NCBI GenBank assembly: GCA_965658025.1 | Contig: CBFHQL010000003.1 | Coordinates: 39,149 to 103,148, forward strand | Origin: Flavobacteriaceae bacterium | GTDB taxonomy: Bacteria; Bacteroidota; Bacteroidia; Flavobacteriales; Flavobacteriaceae | Direction: 5' to 3' | DNA length: 64,000 nt | The notes under the pieces: generated by a model | Database searches by the model: none | The model's input: only the letters and a program-made list of their open reading frames with translations | Told to the model about the DNA's origin: nothing | Shown: piece by piece, positions 19,173 through 28,403 of the stretch | How positions within the stretch are numbered: position 1 is the stretch's first letter | Layout: each line of letters starts with the position of its first letter | Position numbers and translations under genes: made by a program

Positions 19173-20030
19173 ATGACTTTTAATCGTATCGTTTTACATG
19201 CCCTTTTATTCTTTAGTGTGAGTGTCTTTGCACAAGATTTTCAAGGAAGAGCTTCTTATATTTCTAAAACCAGTCCTGACATGGATAGTTGGGGAGGTCA
19301 AAATATGAGTGAAGCCCAAAAAAAACAAATTATGGATCGTATGCGCAGTATGTTTGAGAAAACTTACATTTTGACCTTTGATAAAGAAGCCTCTATTTTC
19401 AAGGAGGAAGAAGTTCTGGAAGCACCGGGGCAAAAAGGATTTGGTATGTGGGGCAGTAGTTTTTCTGCAGGGCCTCAATACAAAAATGTTAAAACCCAAC
19501 AATTCATTCAAGATCAGGAATTTTTTGGAAGACAATTTTTGATTACTGATTCATTGCAAAAATTGGAATGGAAACTTGGGTCGGAAACAAAGAAAATTGG
19601 ACAATATTTATGCATGAAAGCAACAGCCATCAAATCTGTGGACGAATTCGATTGGCGAAGTATGCGCAGAAAAAACCCTAAAAAAGAAGAAAAAACAACA
19701 AAAACGGATGATACAAAATCATCCGCTGTTTCTGATGAAATTGAAGTTCCAAAAACCATCGAAGTTACAGCATGGTATACACCTCAAATTCCTGTAAATC
19801 AAGGGCCTGGAGAATTTTGGGGATTACCTGGTTTAATTCTTGAAGTCAACGCAGACAGAACTACGATTTTGTGTAATAAAATTACCATAAATCCTCAACA
19901 AAAAATTGAAATTCAAGCCCCTGAAAAAGGCAAAGTCATCTCCCGTGCAGACTACAATGCAACCGTAAAGCAGAAAATGAAAGAGATGCGTGAAATGTAT
20001 CGTGGTCGCGGATCCAAAAGACGAAACTAA
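19173..20030 (+). CDS. GLPGLI family protein (paralog 2)
   Basis: The architecture matches 18253..19101: FAQDFQG, KTYILTFDK, VTAWYTPQIPVNQGP..GLPGLILE, and a C-terminal YRGRGS. Confidence 0.85.
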   Translation: MTFNRIVLHALLFFSVSVFAQDFQGRASYISKTSPDMDSWGGQNMSEAQKKQIMDRMRSMFEKTYILTFDKEASIFKEEEVLEAPGQKGFGMWGSSFSAGPQYKNVKTQQFIQDQEFFGRQFLITDSLQKLEWKLGSETKKIGQYLCMKATAIKSVDEFDWRSMRRKNPKKEEKTTKTDDTKSSAVSDEIEVPKTIEVTAWYTPQIPVNQGPGEFWGLPGLILEVNADRTTILCNKITINPQQKIEIQAPEKGKVISRADYNATVKQKMKEMREMYRGRGSKRRN

Positions 20031-20057
20031 TTACCAATTTACATCTAAATTAAAGTA

Positions 20058-22769
20058 ATGAAATATTATTTAAGCACCCTTTTATTGTTTTTTTGTGGGT
20101 TATCATTCGCTCAAATAAAACTCGAAGGGAAAGTTAAAGATTCAATAGGAAACCCCTTAGAATTGGCCAATGTCATTGCCATTAACAAAGCAACAAGTGC
20201 TTTGGATTCTTATGGCATAACAAACGATGAAGGAAAATACCGATTGGATTTGAAAAAGAACACAGCATATTCAATTCAAGTGAGCTATATAGGCATGAAA
20301 TCCATGACTCAAGTTATTGAAACTGGAGATTCTAACGCTGTTCAAAATTTCACACTACAAGAAGATAATGCTCTGGAAGAAGTGGAGTTAACCTATGAAA
20401 TGCCTGTGACCATTAGTGGCGATACATTGGTGTATAACGCCGATTCTTTCAATAAAGGTACCGAGCGCAAATTGGAAGATGTTTTAGAAAATTTACCGGG
20501 CGTAGAAATCAATGACGATGGTCAAGTTGAGGTCGAAGGCAAGGTGGTTTCTAAGCTTATGGTTGAAGGAAAAGATTTTTTTGATGGGGATACAAAATTA
20601 GCGACCAAAAATATCCCATCAAATGCGGTAGATAAAGTTCAAGTTTTGAAGAACTATTCAGAAGTGAGTCAGCTTGGAGGCGTGACCAATAATCAAAATA
20701 ATGTTGCGATTAATATCAAACTGAAAGAAGGAAAAAAGAATTTTTGGTTTGGAAATGTAACCGCTGGTGCCGGCGATTCCGACAACAAAACGCTCTATTT
20801 GGCGCAGCCAAAATTATTTTATTACAGTCCAGACTATAGCATCAATTTTATTGGTGATTTAAACAATATTGGGGAAGTGGCTTTTAGTCGAAGAGACTAT
20901 TTCAATTTCACGGGTGGATTTAGAAGACCAAGTTTGAGTAGTGGAACGAGTTTGAATTTAGGGAGCAACGATATTGGATTTTTAACCCTTCAAAATGAAC
21001 GTGCAAAAGATATCAATACAAAATTTGGTGCTACAAATTTTAGTTGGTCGCCAAATAAAACACTGGATTTGGGCGGATTTGCCATTTTTTCTAACAGTAG
21101 AAATGAACTTCAGGAAAATAGAACTATTCAATATACCAATCCAGACTTAAATATTCCAGACGAAAGAACTGAAAGTAATACTGTTCAAGAAAATAATTTA
21201 GGGATGTTGAAATTATCATCAAAATATCAACCCAATGCCAACAATCAAATGGAATATGATATTTTTGGTCAAATGTCTAAGAGCGAACAAGATCAACGCT
21301 TTTTCTCATCCATTAACAACAACATTGACCAATTAGAAGAAACGACACCCTACAATGTAAGTCAAAATTTGAATTATTATTACACTTTGAATGAGAATAA
21401 TATTTTCGCCCTCGAAGCGCAACATGTGATTAAAGATGAAGATCCGTTCTATAATGCAATTTTGGAGGACAAGTTAAATTATGACAGTACAGCGGCTAAT
21501 TTAGGCCTGGATGATACCCAAAGTAATTACAATTTGGCTCAAGAAAAACGCGTCAAGTCCAATCAGTTGGATGCCAAGTTAGACTATTGGAATATTTTGA
21601 ATAAAAAGAGTAATATTAATTTTACTTTGGGAACGATTTTAAGTCACCAAAAATTTGATTCTAATATTTTTCAATTTTTAGACAACAATTCAAAGTTTGA
21701 TGCTACACCAACCATTAATAATGGCGTGGATGTCAATGCTATTGATTACAATTTTTCTGATATTTATTTAGGCCTTCACTATCGCCTCAAAACAGGAATT
21801 TTTACGATTACACCAGGTGTTTCTGCGCATTTGTACAATGTCAATAACACGCAGTTTGGTCAAAAAACAACTGATAATTTCTTTAGATTTTTGCCAGATT
21901 TGAATGTCATTGTTCAGCTCAAAAAGAGTGAAACCCTAAATCTAACCTACAGCATGCAAACACAATTTACAGATGTATCTAATTTTGCTAGCGGTTTGGT
22001 ATTAAATAATTACAATGCGTTGTTTTCTGGAAATCCAGCTCTAGAAAATGCACTGTCGCACAACGTGAGTTTATTTTATTATAGCTTTAATATGTTCAAT
22101 TATACCAATGTATTTGCGCGTATAAACTACAATAAAAGCATTGATAATATTCGAACAGAATCTATTTTCCAACCTGGAAGCGTGATTCGTGTTTCGACTC
22201 CATTTAACTCCCCTTTTGCCGATGAAAGTCTTTCTGCAAATGGACGTTTTCAACGTACATTTGGTAAAATTCGTGGAACAATTCGTGCGAATTTTAACTA
22301 CTCGAAGTTCAATCAGTTTATTCAAAACCGCCGTTCGGTAAATGAGAATTTTTCGCAAACTTATCGTGCGCAAGTGCGTACCAATTTCCGTACTGCACCC
22401 AATTTAGATGTAAGCTATCGTTATTCTATACAAGACAACAATTTGGGAGAAAACAGCACCAAGTTTTTTACCAAAAGTCCAACAGTAGAATTGGATGCTT
22501 TGTTTTTAAAGTCCTTCACATTTAGAACGGATTATTCTTACAATGATTTTAGTGACGAAAATGGTACGATTAACACCTTTGAATTTTGGAATGCTTCATT
22601 ATCCTACAGAAAAGATGAAGATGCAAAGTTTGAATATGAAATTAAAGCGACAAACTTATTGGATACCAGAGCGCAAAGCCAAAGTAACGCAGGGACGGTT
22701 TCTGTAAGTGCAACGGAATATTTTATTCAACCCCGTTTTATCACGTTTCGGGTACGCTATGAGTTATAA
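20058..22769 (+). CDS. Outer-membrane beta-barrel family protein with N-terminal CarboxypepD_reg-like domain (TonB-dependent-receptor-like, OMP_b-brl_3-like)
   Basis: There is a signal peptide and a carboxypeptidase-regulatory-like fold (GKVKDSIGNPLELANV...YSIQVSYIGMKS). A plug-like segment follows (LEDVLENLPGVEI...). The remainder is a long region with beta-strand alternation ending RFITFRVRYEL. Confidence 0.75.
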   Translation: MKYYLSTLLLFFCGLSFAQIKLEGKVKDSIGNPLELANVIAINKATSALDSYGITNDEGKYRLDLKKNTAYSIQVSYIGMKSMTQVIETGDSNAVQNFTLQEDNALEEVELTYEMPVTISGDTLVYNADSFNKGTERKLEDVLENLPGVEINDDGQVEVEGKVVSKLMVEGKDFFDGDTKLATKNIPSNAVDKVQVLKNYSEVSQLGGVTNNQNNVAINIKLKEGKKNFWFGNVTAGAGDSDNKTLYLAQPKLFYYSPDYSINFIGDLNNIGEVAFSRRDYFNFTGGFRRPSLSSGTSLNLGSNDIGFLTLQNERAKDINTKFGATNFSWSPNKTLDLGGFAIFSNSRNELQENRTIQYTNPDLNIPDERTESNTVQENNLGMLKLSSKYQPNANNQMEYDIFGQMSKSEQDQRFFSSINNNIDQLEETTPYNVSQNLNYYYTLNENNIFALEAQHVIKDEDPFYNAILEDKLNYDSTAANLGLDDTQSNYNLAQEKRVKSNQLDAKLDYWNILNKKSNINFTLGTILSHQKFDSNIFQFLDNNSKFDATPTINNGVDVNAIDYNFSDIYLGLHYRLKTGIFTITPGVSAHLYNVNNTQFGQKTTDNFFRFLPDLNVIVQLKKSETLNLTYSMQTQFTDVSNFASGLVLNNYNALFSGNPALENALSHNVSLFYYSFNMFNYTNVFARINYNKSIDNIRTESIFQPGSVIRVSTPFNSPFADESLSANGRFQRTFGKIRGTIRANFNYSKFNQFIQNRRSVNENFSQTYRAQVRTNFRTAPNLDVSYRYSIQDNNLGENSTKFFTKSPTVELDALFLKSFTFRTDYSYNDFSDENGTINTFEFWNASLSYRKDEDAKFEYEIKATNLLDTRAQSQSNAGTVSVSATEYFIQPRFITFRVRYEL

Positions 22770-22790
22770 AATTGAAACTATCTTAAAATA

Positions 22791-22820
22791 AAAAATGCCA
22801 CGCATAGCGTGGCATTTTTT
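22791..22820. terminator. Bidirectional intrinsic terminator between the barrel gene and metK
   Basis: aaaaatgccacgc (22791-22803), loop ata, gcgtggcattttt (22807-22819). This is a perfect 13-bp stem with A and T tracts on either side. Confidence 0.85.
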
Positions 22821-22842
22821 ATATCAAAAAGTGCTGTTGTTT

Positions 22843-24099
22843 TTAAAGTTGAAAAGCCGTTTTAATTGCTTCTGTATAATCCAGTTTTTCCCACGTAAAA
22901 AGCTCTACATCTAATTCTCGTTTTTCGCCATTGGGCAGGTAAAATACTTTTTCTACAGTTTCGTTTGTACGTCCCATATGACCATAAGCAGCGGTTTCGC
23001 TGTACATCGGTGAACGCAATTTTAGGCGTTGTTCAATGGCCGCTGGGCGTAAGTCAAAAAGAGTCAAGATTTTTTGTGCAATAGCGCTATCGCTCAGGTC
23101 TACATTGGCCGTACCATAGGTATTTACAAAAACCCCCATAGGTTCGGCGACGCCAATAGCGTAACTTACTTGTACCAAAATTTCCGAGCACACCCCAGCA
23201 GCAACCATATTTTTGGCAATATGACGCATGGCATAAGCCGCTGAACGATCCACTTTACTTGGATCTTTACCTGAAAATGCACCTCCACCATGCGCACCTT
23301 TTCCACCGTAGGTGTCTACAATAATTTTGCGTCCCGTAAGTCCAGTATCGCCATGAGGGCCACCGATTACAAACTTCCCAGTTGGGTTGATGTGGTAAGT
23401 GATGTCTTCATTAAAAAGTGCTTGAGTTGCTTTTGGTAATTTTGAAAGTACACGAGGAATCAAAATTGTTTTGATATCTTTCTTAATTGTATCAAGCATT
23501 TCTTTTTCATCCTCCGAAAAATCATCGTGTTGAGTTGAAATGACGATAGAATCAATGCGCAAAGGCACATTATCGTCGCTATATTCAATAGTGACTTGAC
23601 TTTTAGAGTCGGGGCGGAGGTAGGTGATGTCTTTATGTTCACGACGAAGGGCTGCAAGTTCTTTAAGCATACGATGCGAAAGTTCCAAAGCCAACGGCAT
23701 ATAGTTTTCGGTCTCGTTGGTGGCATAGCCAAACATCATACCTTGGTCGCCAGCGCCTTGAGCTTCAGGAGTCTCTTTGTCCACTCCTCTATTGATATCG
23801 TCTGATTGCTCATGAATGGCAGAAAGTACGCCACACGAATTGCCATCAAACATATACTCGCCTTTTGTGTAGCCAATTTTGTTGATGGTATCTCGGGCAA
23901 TTTTTTGTACGTCCAAATACGTTTTGGACTTTACCTCTCCTGCCAAAATGACTTGTCCTGTGGTGACCAAGGTTTCACAAGCCACTTTAGATTGTGGGTC
24001 AAAAGCCAAAAAATGGTCAATAATCGCATCACTGATTTGGTCTGCAACTTTATCAGGATGTCCTTCGGAGACACTTTCGGATGTAAATAAATAGCTCAT
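22843..24099 (-). CDS. metK: S-adenosylmethionine synthetase
   Basis: [30 protein letters not shown] and [19 protein letters not shown] are present. The start is probably the second Met (MSYLFTSE) at 24099. Confidence 0.97.
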   Translation of the reverse strand: MSYLFTSESVSEGHPDKVADQISDAIIDHFLAFDPQSKVACETLVTTGQVILAGEVKSKTYLDVQKIARDTINKIGYTKGEYMFDGNSCGVLSAIHEQSDDINRGVDKETPEAQGAGDQGMMFGYATNETENYMPLALELSHRMLKELAALRREHKDITYLRPDSKSQVTIEYSDDNVPLRIDSIVISTQHDDFSEDEKEMLDTIKKDIKTILIPRVLSKLPKATQALFNEDITYHINPTGKFVIGGPHGDTGLTGRKIIVDTYGGKGAHGGGAFSGKDPSKVDRSAAYAMRHIAKNMVAAGVCSEILVQVSYAIGVAEPMGVFVNTYGTANVDLSDSAIAQKILTLFDLRPAAIEQRLKLRSPMYSETAAYGHMGRTNETVEKVFYLPNGEKRELDVELFTWEKLDYTEAIKTAFQL

Positions 24100-24126
24100 A
24101 ATCAAATGGTTATGAAGATAAATAAG

Positions 24127-24217
24127 TGCAACAAGCTAAAGGAATTGGTACTGTTTTAGCTTTTTTTTGTGAGGTTGCAATCAGATCAAATTTATCCTCT
24201 TTATATAATGCAGCAAA
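24127..24217 (-). promoter_or_regulatory. metK promoter (-33 TTTG / -7 TAAATTTG) and structured 5' leader
   Basis: On the minus strand, TTTG (24217-24214) is separated by 19 nt from TAAATTTG (24194-24187). The leader folds as outer stem UGCAAC (24179-24174) with GUUGCA (24132-27). Inside it is stem AAGCUAAA (24162-55) with UUUAGCUU (24140-33). A U-rich tract follows. Confidence 0.4.
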
Positions 24218-24304
24218 TTTAGAGATAATAATGCAAAAAAAAAATCTTTCATCAGCATATATGATTTAACAGGGATATTTAATTAGATTTACAGCACATT
24301 TGAT

Positions 24305-25402
24305 ATGATAAAGTTCAGAATTACATATTTCTTTTTTTGTTTAATTTTTTGGAGCCATGCTCAAGAGCAAAAGTCTTTCAGCTACATAGATTTAAATGTC
24401 TATACAGGAAATATTGCGCGTCATAACGACAATATTACACACTTGATTCAGGAGCACCCCAATGGTTTGATTTTGGGCTGGAACAAGCGTGTTTCTGGTG
24501 AAAAAGCTTGGCATCAGCGCTATAACCTTCCTGAATTTGGTGTGTCCTTCAGTGCGCAAAATTTCAACAATGAAACTTTGGGGAATGCGTATGGATTGCA
24601 TGCACATTATAACTTTTATTTTTTAAAACGACGCCTAATGTTGCGTGTAGCACAAGGGGTTTCATATGTAACAAATCCCTACGATAAATATGAAAATCCA
24701 AAAAATATCGCTTTTGGATCTCATCTGTTAAGTGGAACTTACTTAATGCTCAATTATACACGCCCTCAATTGTTTGGTCCTGTAGGAATTCAGGCGGGTG
24801 TAACCTTATTGCATTTGTCCAACGCAAGCATAAAAGCACCCAATACGAGTATTAATACTGTAGCGCTCAATTTTGGTCTAACCACTGCTCTGGAGGGAAT
24901 AGCTCACGCTGAAAAAAATAAGCCAAAAGCACCAATAGAAATTGACTCGCGAATACGTTATGGCTTTGTGTTTAAAACAGGCATCAATCAAAGTGATGTG
25001 GTGGGGAGTCCACAATTCCCATTCTATATATTTTCTTTCTTTGCCGAAAAACAACTCAATGATAAAAATTTAGTTTTGTTAGGGGCAGAATATTTTAATT
25101 CCAAATTCCTTAAAGAATATATTTATTATCAACGTGTGGCTTTTCCGGAAAATCAAATCAGTAGTGATTTGGACTACAAACGCGTTGGAATTTATTTAGG
25201 GCACGAATTGTTATTCGGCCGGTTTTCGTTGCAGACGCAATTGGGGTACTATCTTTACGCTCCTTTTGATTATGAAGGAAATGTATACAACCGTATCGGT
25301 ATGAAACATTACATCACGGATCGCTGGTTTGTTGGTGTCACTTTGAAATCACATGCAGCAAAAGCCGAAGCACTTGAATTTGGTATAGGATTTAGATTAT
25401 GA
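24305..25402 (+). CDS. Outer-membrane acyloxyacyl hydrolase / lipid A deacylase (PagL-like) family protein
   Basis: There is a signal peptide. The motif LLHLSNASIKAPNTSIN resembles the PagL-family H-x-S-N...N-x-G-x-N active-site region. The sequence is beta-barrel-like and ends GIGFRL. Confidence 0.55.
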   Translation: MIKFRITYFFFCLIFWSHAQEQKSFSYIDLNVYTGNIARHNDNITHLIQEHPNGLILGWNKRVSGEKAWHQRYNLPEFGVSFSAQNFNNETLGNAYGLHAHYNFYFLKRRLMLRVAQGVSYVTNPYDKYENPKNIAFGSHLLSGTYLMLNYTRPQLFGPVGIQAGVTLLHLSNASIKAPNTSINTVALNFGLTTALEGIAHAEKNKPKAPIEIDSRIRYGFVFKTGINQSDVVGSPQFPFYIFSFFAEKQLNDKNLVLLGAEYFNSKFLKEYIYYQRVAFPENQISSDLDYKRVGIYLGHELLFGRFSLQTQLGYYLYAPFDYEGNVYNRIGMKHYITDRWFVGVTLKSHAAKAEALEFGIGFRL

Positions 25403-26148
25403 GAAAAAAATTAGGTTTAATTAGTATTGCTTTTCTTGTTTTTGCTTGCGCCAAAGACCATGTTCCCGATTGCATTCAAAAGGGCGGTAGCCGCATTATT
25501 GTTGAACACCATCTTGATGCCTTTGATCAAATTTTAGTTAATGAAAACATTGAATTAATTATACAAGAAGGATCAAATCACCACATCAAAATTGAGGCAG
25601 GAGAATACCTAATTTCAGATGTGAATTTTACAATAAATGAAGGATTACTCACTCTAACAGACAATAATCAATGCAACTGGTTACGTAGTTATCAACCCAC
25701 AAAAATTACGGTAACCACTCCCAGTCTTTACCAAATACGCAGCAATACCCAGTATACTATTAAGTCGTCAGGTGTGCTGAACTTTCCTAATTTAAAATTA
25801 GTATCAGAAAATTTTAACCAAGATCAAATCAGTTTGGGAGATTTTGATTTAGAAGTCAACAATCAAAGTTTAAGTATCATCTCTAACAACCTCTCTCAGT
25901 TTTTTATTTCTGGGCATACCGAAACTCTTTTTGTTGGTTTTTATTCAGGAACCACAGCGTTTTTTGGAGACCATCTAATTGCGCAGAACGTCACAGTTTC
26001 TCATCGGAGTAGTCATGACATTAGAGTACACCCAATACAATCGCTAAGTGGAGAATTACGAGGTGTTGGAAATTTAATTTCCGTACATACGCCGCCCATT
26101 GTCGACATAACTCAACTTTACACGGGATCACTTATATTTTTAGATTGA
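25399..26148 (+). CDS. Lipoprotein, DUF2807 / head-GIN-domain-like (putative)
   Basis: The lipobox is LVFACAKD. The repetitive beta-helix-like pattern resembles DUF2807 proteins. The start overlaps the upstream stop in an ATGA. The family call is from memory only. Confidence 0.45.
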   Translation: MRKKLGLISIAFLVFACAKDHVPDCIQKGGSRIIVEHHLDAFDQILVNENIELIIQEGSNHHIKIEAGEYLISDVNFTINEGLLTLTDNNQCNWLRSYQPTKITVTTPSLYQIRSNTQYTIKSSGVLNFPNLKLVSENFNQDQISLGDFDLEVNNQSLSIISNNLSQFFISGHTETLFVGFYSGTTAFFGDHLIAQNVTVSHRSSHDIRVHPIQSLSGELRGVGNLISVHTPPIVDITQLYTGSLIFLD

Positions 26149-26161
26149 TGAAAACACTTCA

Positions 26162-26199
26162 GAAATAGCGTAAAACGTTACGTATTTCTCAATTTTAAG
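26162..26199 (+). terminator. Probable intrinsic terminator after the 24305-26148 gene pair
   Basis: The stem pairs gaaata(g)cgtaa (26162-26173) with ttacgtatttc (26178-26188). That is 11 bp with one bulged G and loop aacg, followed by a T-rich tract. Confidence 0.45.
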
Positions 26200-26225
26200 T
26201 TGATTTTTTTTAAAATAAATGAAAA

Positions 26226-26256
26226 TTGACTGTAATTTTCAAAAAAAATAAGTTTG
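26226..26256 (+). promoter_or_regulatory. Bacteroidetes-type promoter for the aromatic operon leader
   Basis: TTG (26226-26228), a 20-nt spacer, then TAAGTTTG (26249-26256), which matches the TAnnTTTG -7 consensus of Bacteroidetes sigma-A promoters. Confidence 0.45.
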
Positions 26257-26306
26257 AATTTTGTTTTGATTAAAAAATATCTACTTTAGCGCAAAATTAA
26301 ACAACA

Positions 26307-26384
26307 GTGACAAATCTAAATTACACTTTTTATAACTGGTATTATTTCTTTTTTGGTAAAAGAGCCGAGACCTTGTTTGTGTAA
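26307..26384 (+). CDS. Aromatic-rich leader peptide (25 codons) of the pheA operon
   Basis: Manual translation from GTG 26307 gives (M)TNLNYTFYNWYYFFFGKRAETLFV followed by stop TAA 26382-26384. Nine of the 11 codons in 26322-26354 encode Tyr, Phe or Trp. It lies between a promoter-like element and a terminator. Confidence 0.6.
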   Translation: MTNLNYTFYNWYYFFFGKRAETLFV

Positions 26385-26410
26385 TTTTAAGTAATAAATT
26401 TCAATTTGAG

Positions 26411-26439
26411 TCTCGATGTAAACATCGAGATTTTTTTTT
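26411..26439 (+). terminator. Attenuator terminator immediately upstream of pheA
   Basis: tctcgatg (26411-18), loop taaa, catcgaga (26423-30), then nine T (26431-39) that end at the A of the pheA ATG (26440). Confidence 0.7.
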
Positions 26440-27261
26440 ATGATAAAAAAAGTCGCCATACAAGGAATAAAAGGATCATTTCATCATTTGGTTACGCAAA
26501 ACTATTTTGCAACTCCAGTAGAAATTGAGCCGTTGTTGACATTCAACGAAGTTATTGCCAGTCTAACCTCAAATGAGGTTGATGCCGCAGTGATGGCGCT
26601 CGAAAACTCTATTGCAGGGTCTATTATTCCAAATTATGCTCTTATTGATGCTAACGACTTGCACATCACTGGTGAATATTATTTGGATGTTCAACACCAT
26701 TTGATGGCACTGCCTGGACAAAAAATTATTGATATCAAAGAGGTGTATTCTCACCCTATGGCGCTGTTGCAGTGTAAAGTCTTTTTTGATCAATACCCAC
26801 ACATAAAATTGGTAGAAGATGCTGATACGGCTGAAGCTGCAAAAAAAATTCATGACCAACAACTCAAAGGGGTTGCAGCAATTGCAAGCTCGTCTGCAGC
26901 AGAAATTTACCAATTGAATATTTTGGCCAAAAGTATACAGACCATCAAACACAACGAAACACGTTTTGTAACTGTAGAACGCCAGCCAAATACGTCTACA
27001 AAAATAAATAAGGCCTCTTTAAAATTTTTGTTGGACCACAAACGTGGAAGTTTGGCAGCGATGCTCAATGTGATGAGCGATTGTAAAATGAATTTGACAA
27101 AAATCCAATCCTTACCAAAAATTGACAGCCCATGGAAATATGCCTTTTTTGTGGATGTTACGTTTGATGCTTATGAGGATTATAAAAAAGCCACTTCTGT
27201 CATGAACATCATGGCTGAAGAATTCAAGGTACTTGGAACGTATAAAAATGCAAAACAATGA
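26440..27261 (+). CDS. pheA: Prephenate dehydratase
   Basis: The PDT domain is recognisable (VAIQGIKGSFHH, ENSIAGSI, TRFVTV), followed by a C-terminal ACT domain. Confidence 0.92.
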   Translation: MIKKVAIQGIKGSFHHLVTQNYFATPVEIEPLLTFNEVIASLTSNEVDAAVMALENSIAGSIIPNYALIDANDLHITGEYYLDVQHHLMALPGQKIIDIKEVYSHPMALLQCKVFFDQYPHIKLVEDADTAEAAKKIHDQQLKGVAAIASSSAAEIYQLNILAKSIQTIKHNETRFVTVERQPNTSTKINKASLKFLLDHKRGSLAAMLNVMSDCKMNLTKIQSLPKIDSPWKYAFFVDVTFDAYEDYKKATSVMNIMAEEFKVLGTYKNAKQ

Positions 27262-28403
27262 GTAGAGTTGCACAGCGTTTACATACCGTTAAAGAATACT
27301 ACTTTTCTAGAAAATTAAAGGAAGTTCGAGCTCTTATTTCAGAAGGAGCACCGGTGATTAACCTCGGTATTGGTAGTCCTGATTTACCACCAGATCCTTC
27401 TGTAGTTTCTGCCCTAAAACAGAGTCTTTCAAATCCAAGTGCACACAAGTACCAAAGCTATCAGGGACTGCCAGAACTCAGGCAAGCTATTTCTAGTTTT
27501 TATAAAAAAAATTACAATGTACTGCTCGATGCGGAAGCGGAAATTCTACCCCTAATGGGCAGTAAAGAAGGCATTATGCATATCTCGATGGCTTACCTCA
27601 ACGAAGGCGATGCTGTTCTTATTCCAAATCCTGGGTATCCCACTTATAGTTCTGTAACAAAATTAATGGGGGCAACCCCTATTTTTTACGATTTAAACGC
27701 AGAATCACAATGGCAACCTAATGTTTCTGTTTTAGAACAAATGGATCTTTCCAAAGTAAAACTCATGTGGGTTAATTATCCGCACATGCCTACGGGTACA
27801 CTGGGTTCAGAAGACCATTTGAGGGCTTTAGTCGAATTTGCAAAGAAGCGCAACATTCTGCTTGTCAATGACAATCCATATAGTTTTATTCTAAACGACA
27901 ATCCCAAAAGCATTTTTAATATCGAAGGTGCCAAAGATGTGTGTTTGGAGTTAAACTCTTTAAGTAAAAGCTTTAACATGGCAGGTTGGCGCGTTGGTAT
28001 GCTTTCTGGAGCAGCCCACCACATTACCAATGTCATAAAAGTCAAAAGCAACATGGATTCAGGGATGTTTTATGGGGTTCAACAAGGGGCGATTGCGGCA
28101 TTAAACGTTTCAAAGACGTGGTTTGAACATCTAAATACGGTCTACTCCAAAAGACGTGCTTTGGTATGGCAATTGGCAGACCAATTGGAATGCATTTTTG
28201 ATAAAAATACAGCAGGGATGTTTGTTTGGGCAAAGCTTCCCGAAGGGCTTGATGCAGAACAATTTATTGACAACCTTCTCATTGAGAAAAACATTTTTAT
28301 AGCACCTGGAACTATTTTTGGATCCAATGGAGCGGGGTACGTCCGTTTTTCTCTTTGTGCCCCAGAAGAATCCATAAAAGAAGCCATAAATCGAACGAAA
28401 TGA
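27258..28403 (+). CDS. Class I/II PLP-dependent aminotransferase (probable aromatic/prephenate aminotransferase)
   Basis: The PLP-lysine motif is SLSKSFNMAGWRVG, and NPGYPTY is present. It has ATGA overlaps with pheA upstream and tyrA downstream. The aromatic role is inferred from operon context. Confidence 0.85.
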   Translation: MSRVAQRLHTVKEYYFSRKLKEVRALISEGAPVINLGIGSPDLPPDPSVVSALKQSLSNPSAHKYQSYQGLPELRQAISSFYKKNYNVLLDAEAEILPLMGSKEGIMHISMAYLNEGDAVLIPNPGYPTYSSVTKLMGATPIFYDLNAESQWQPNVSVLEQMDLSKVKLMWVNYPHMPTGTLGSEDHLRALVEFAKKRNILLVNDNPYSFILNDNPKSIFNIEGAKDVCLELNSLSKSFNMAGWRVGMLSGAAHHITNVIKVKSNMDSGMFYGVQQGAIAALNVSKTWFEHLNTVYSKRRALVWQLADQLECIFDKNTAGMFVWAKLPEGLDAEQFIDNLLIEKNIFIAPGTIFGSNGAGYVRFSLCAPEESIKEAINRTK

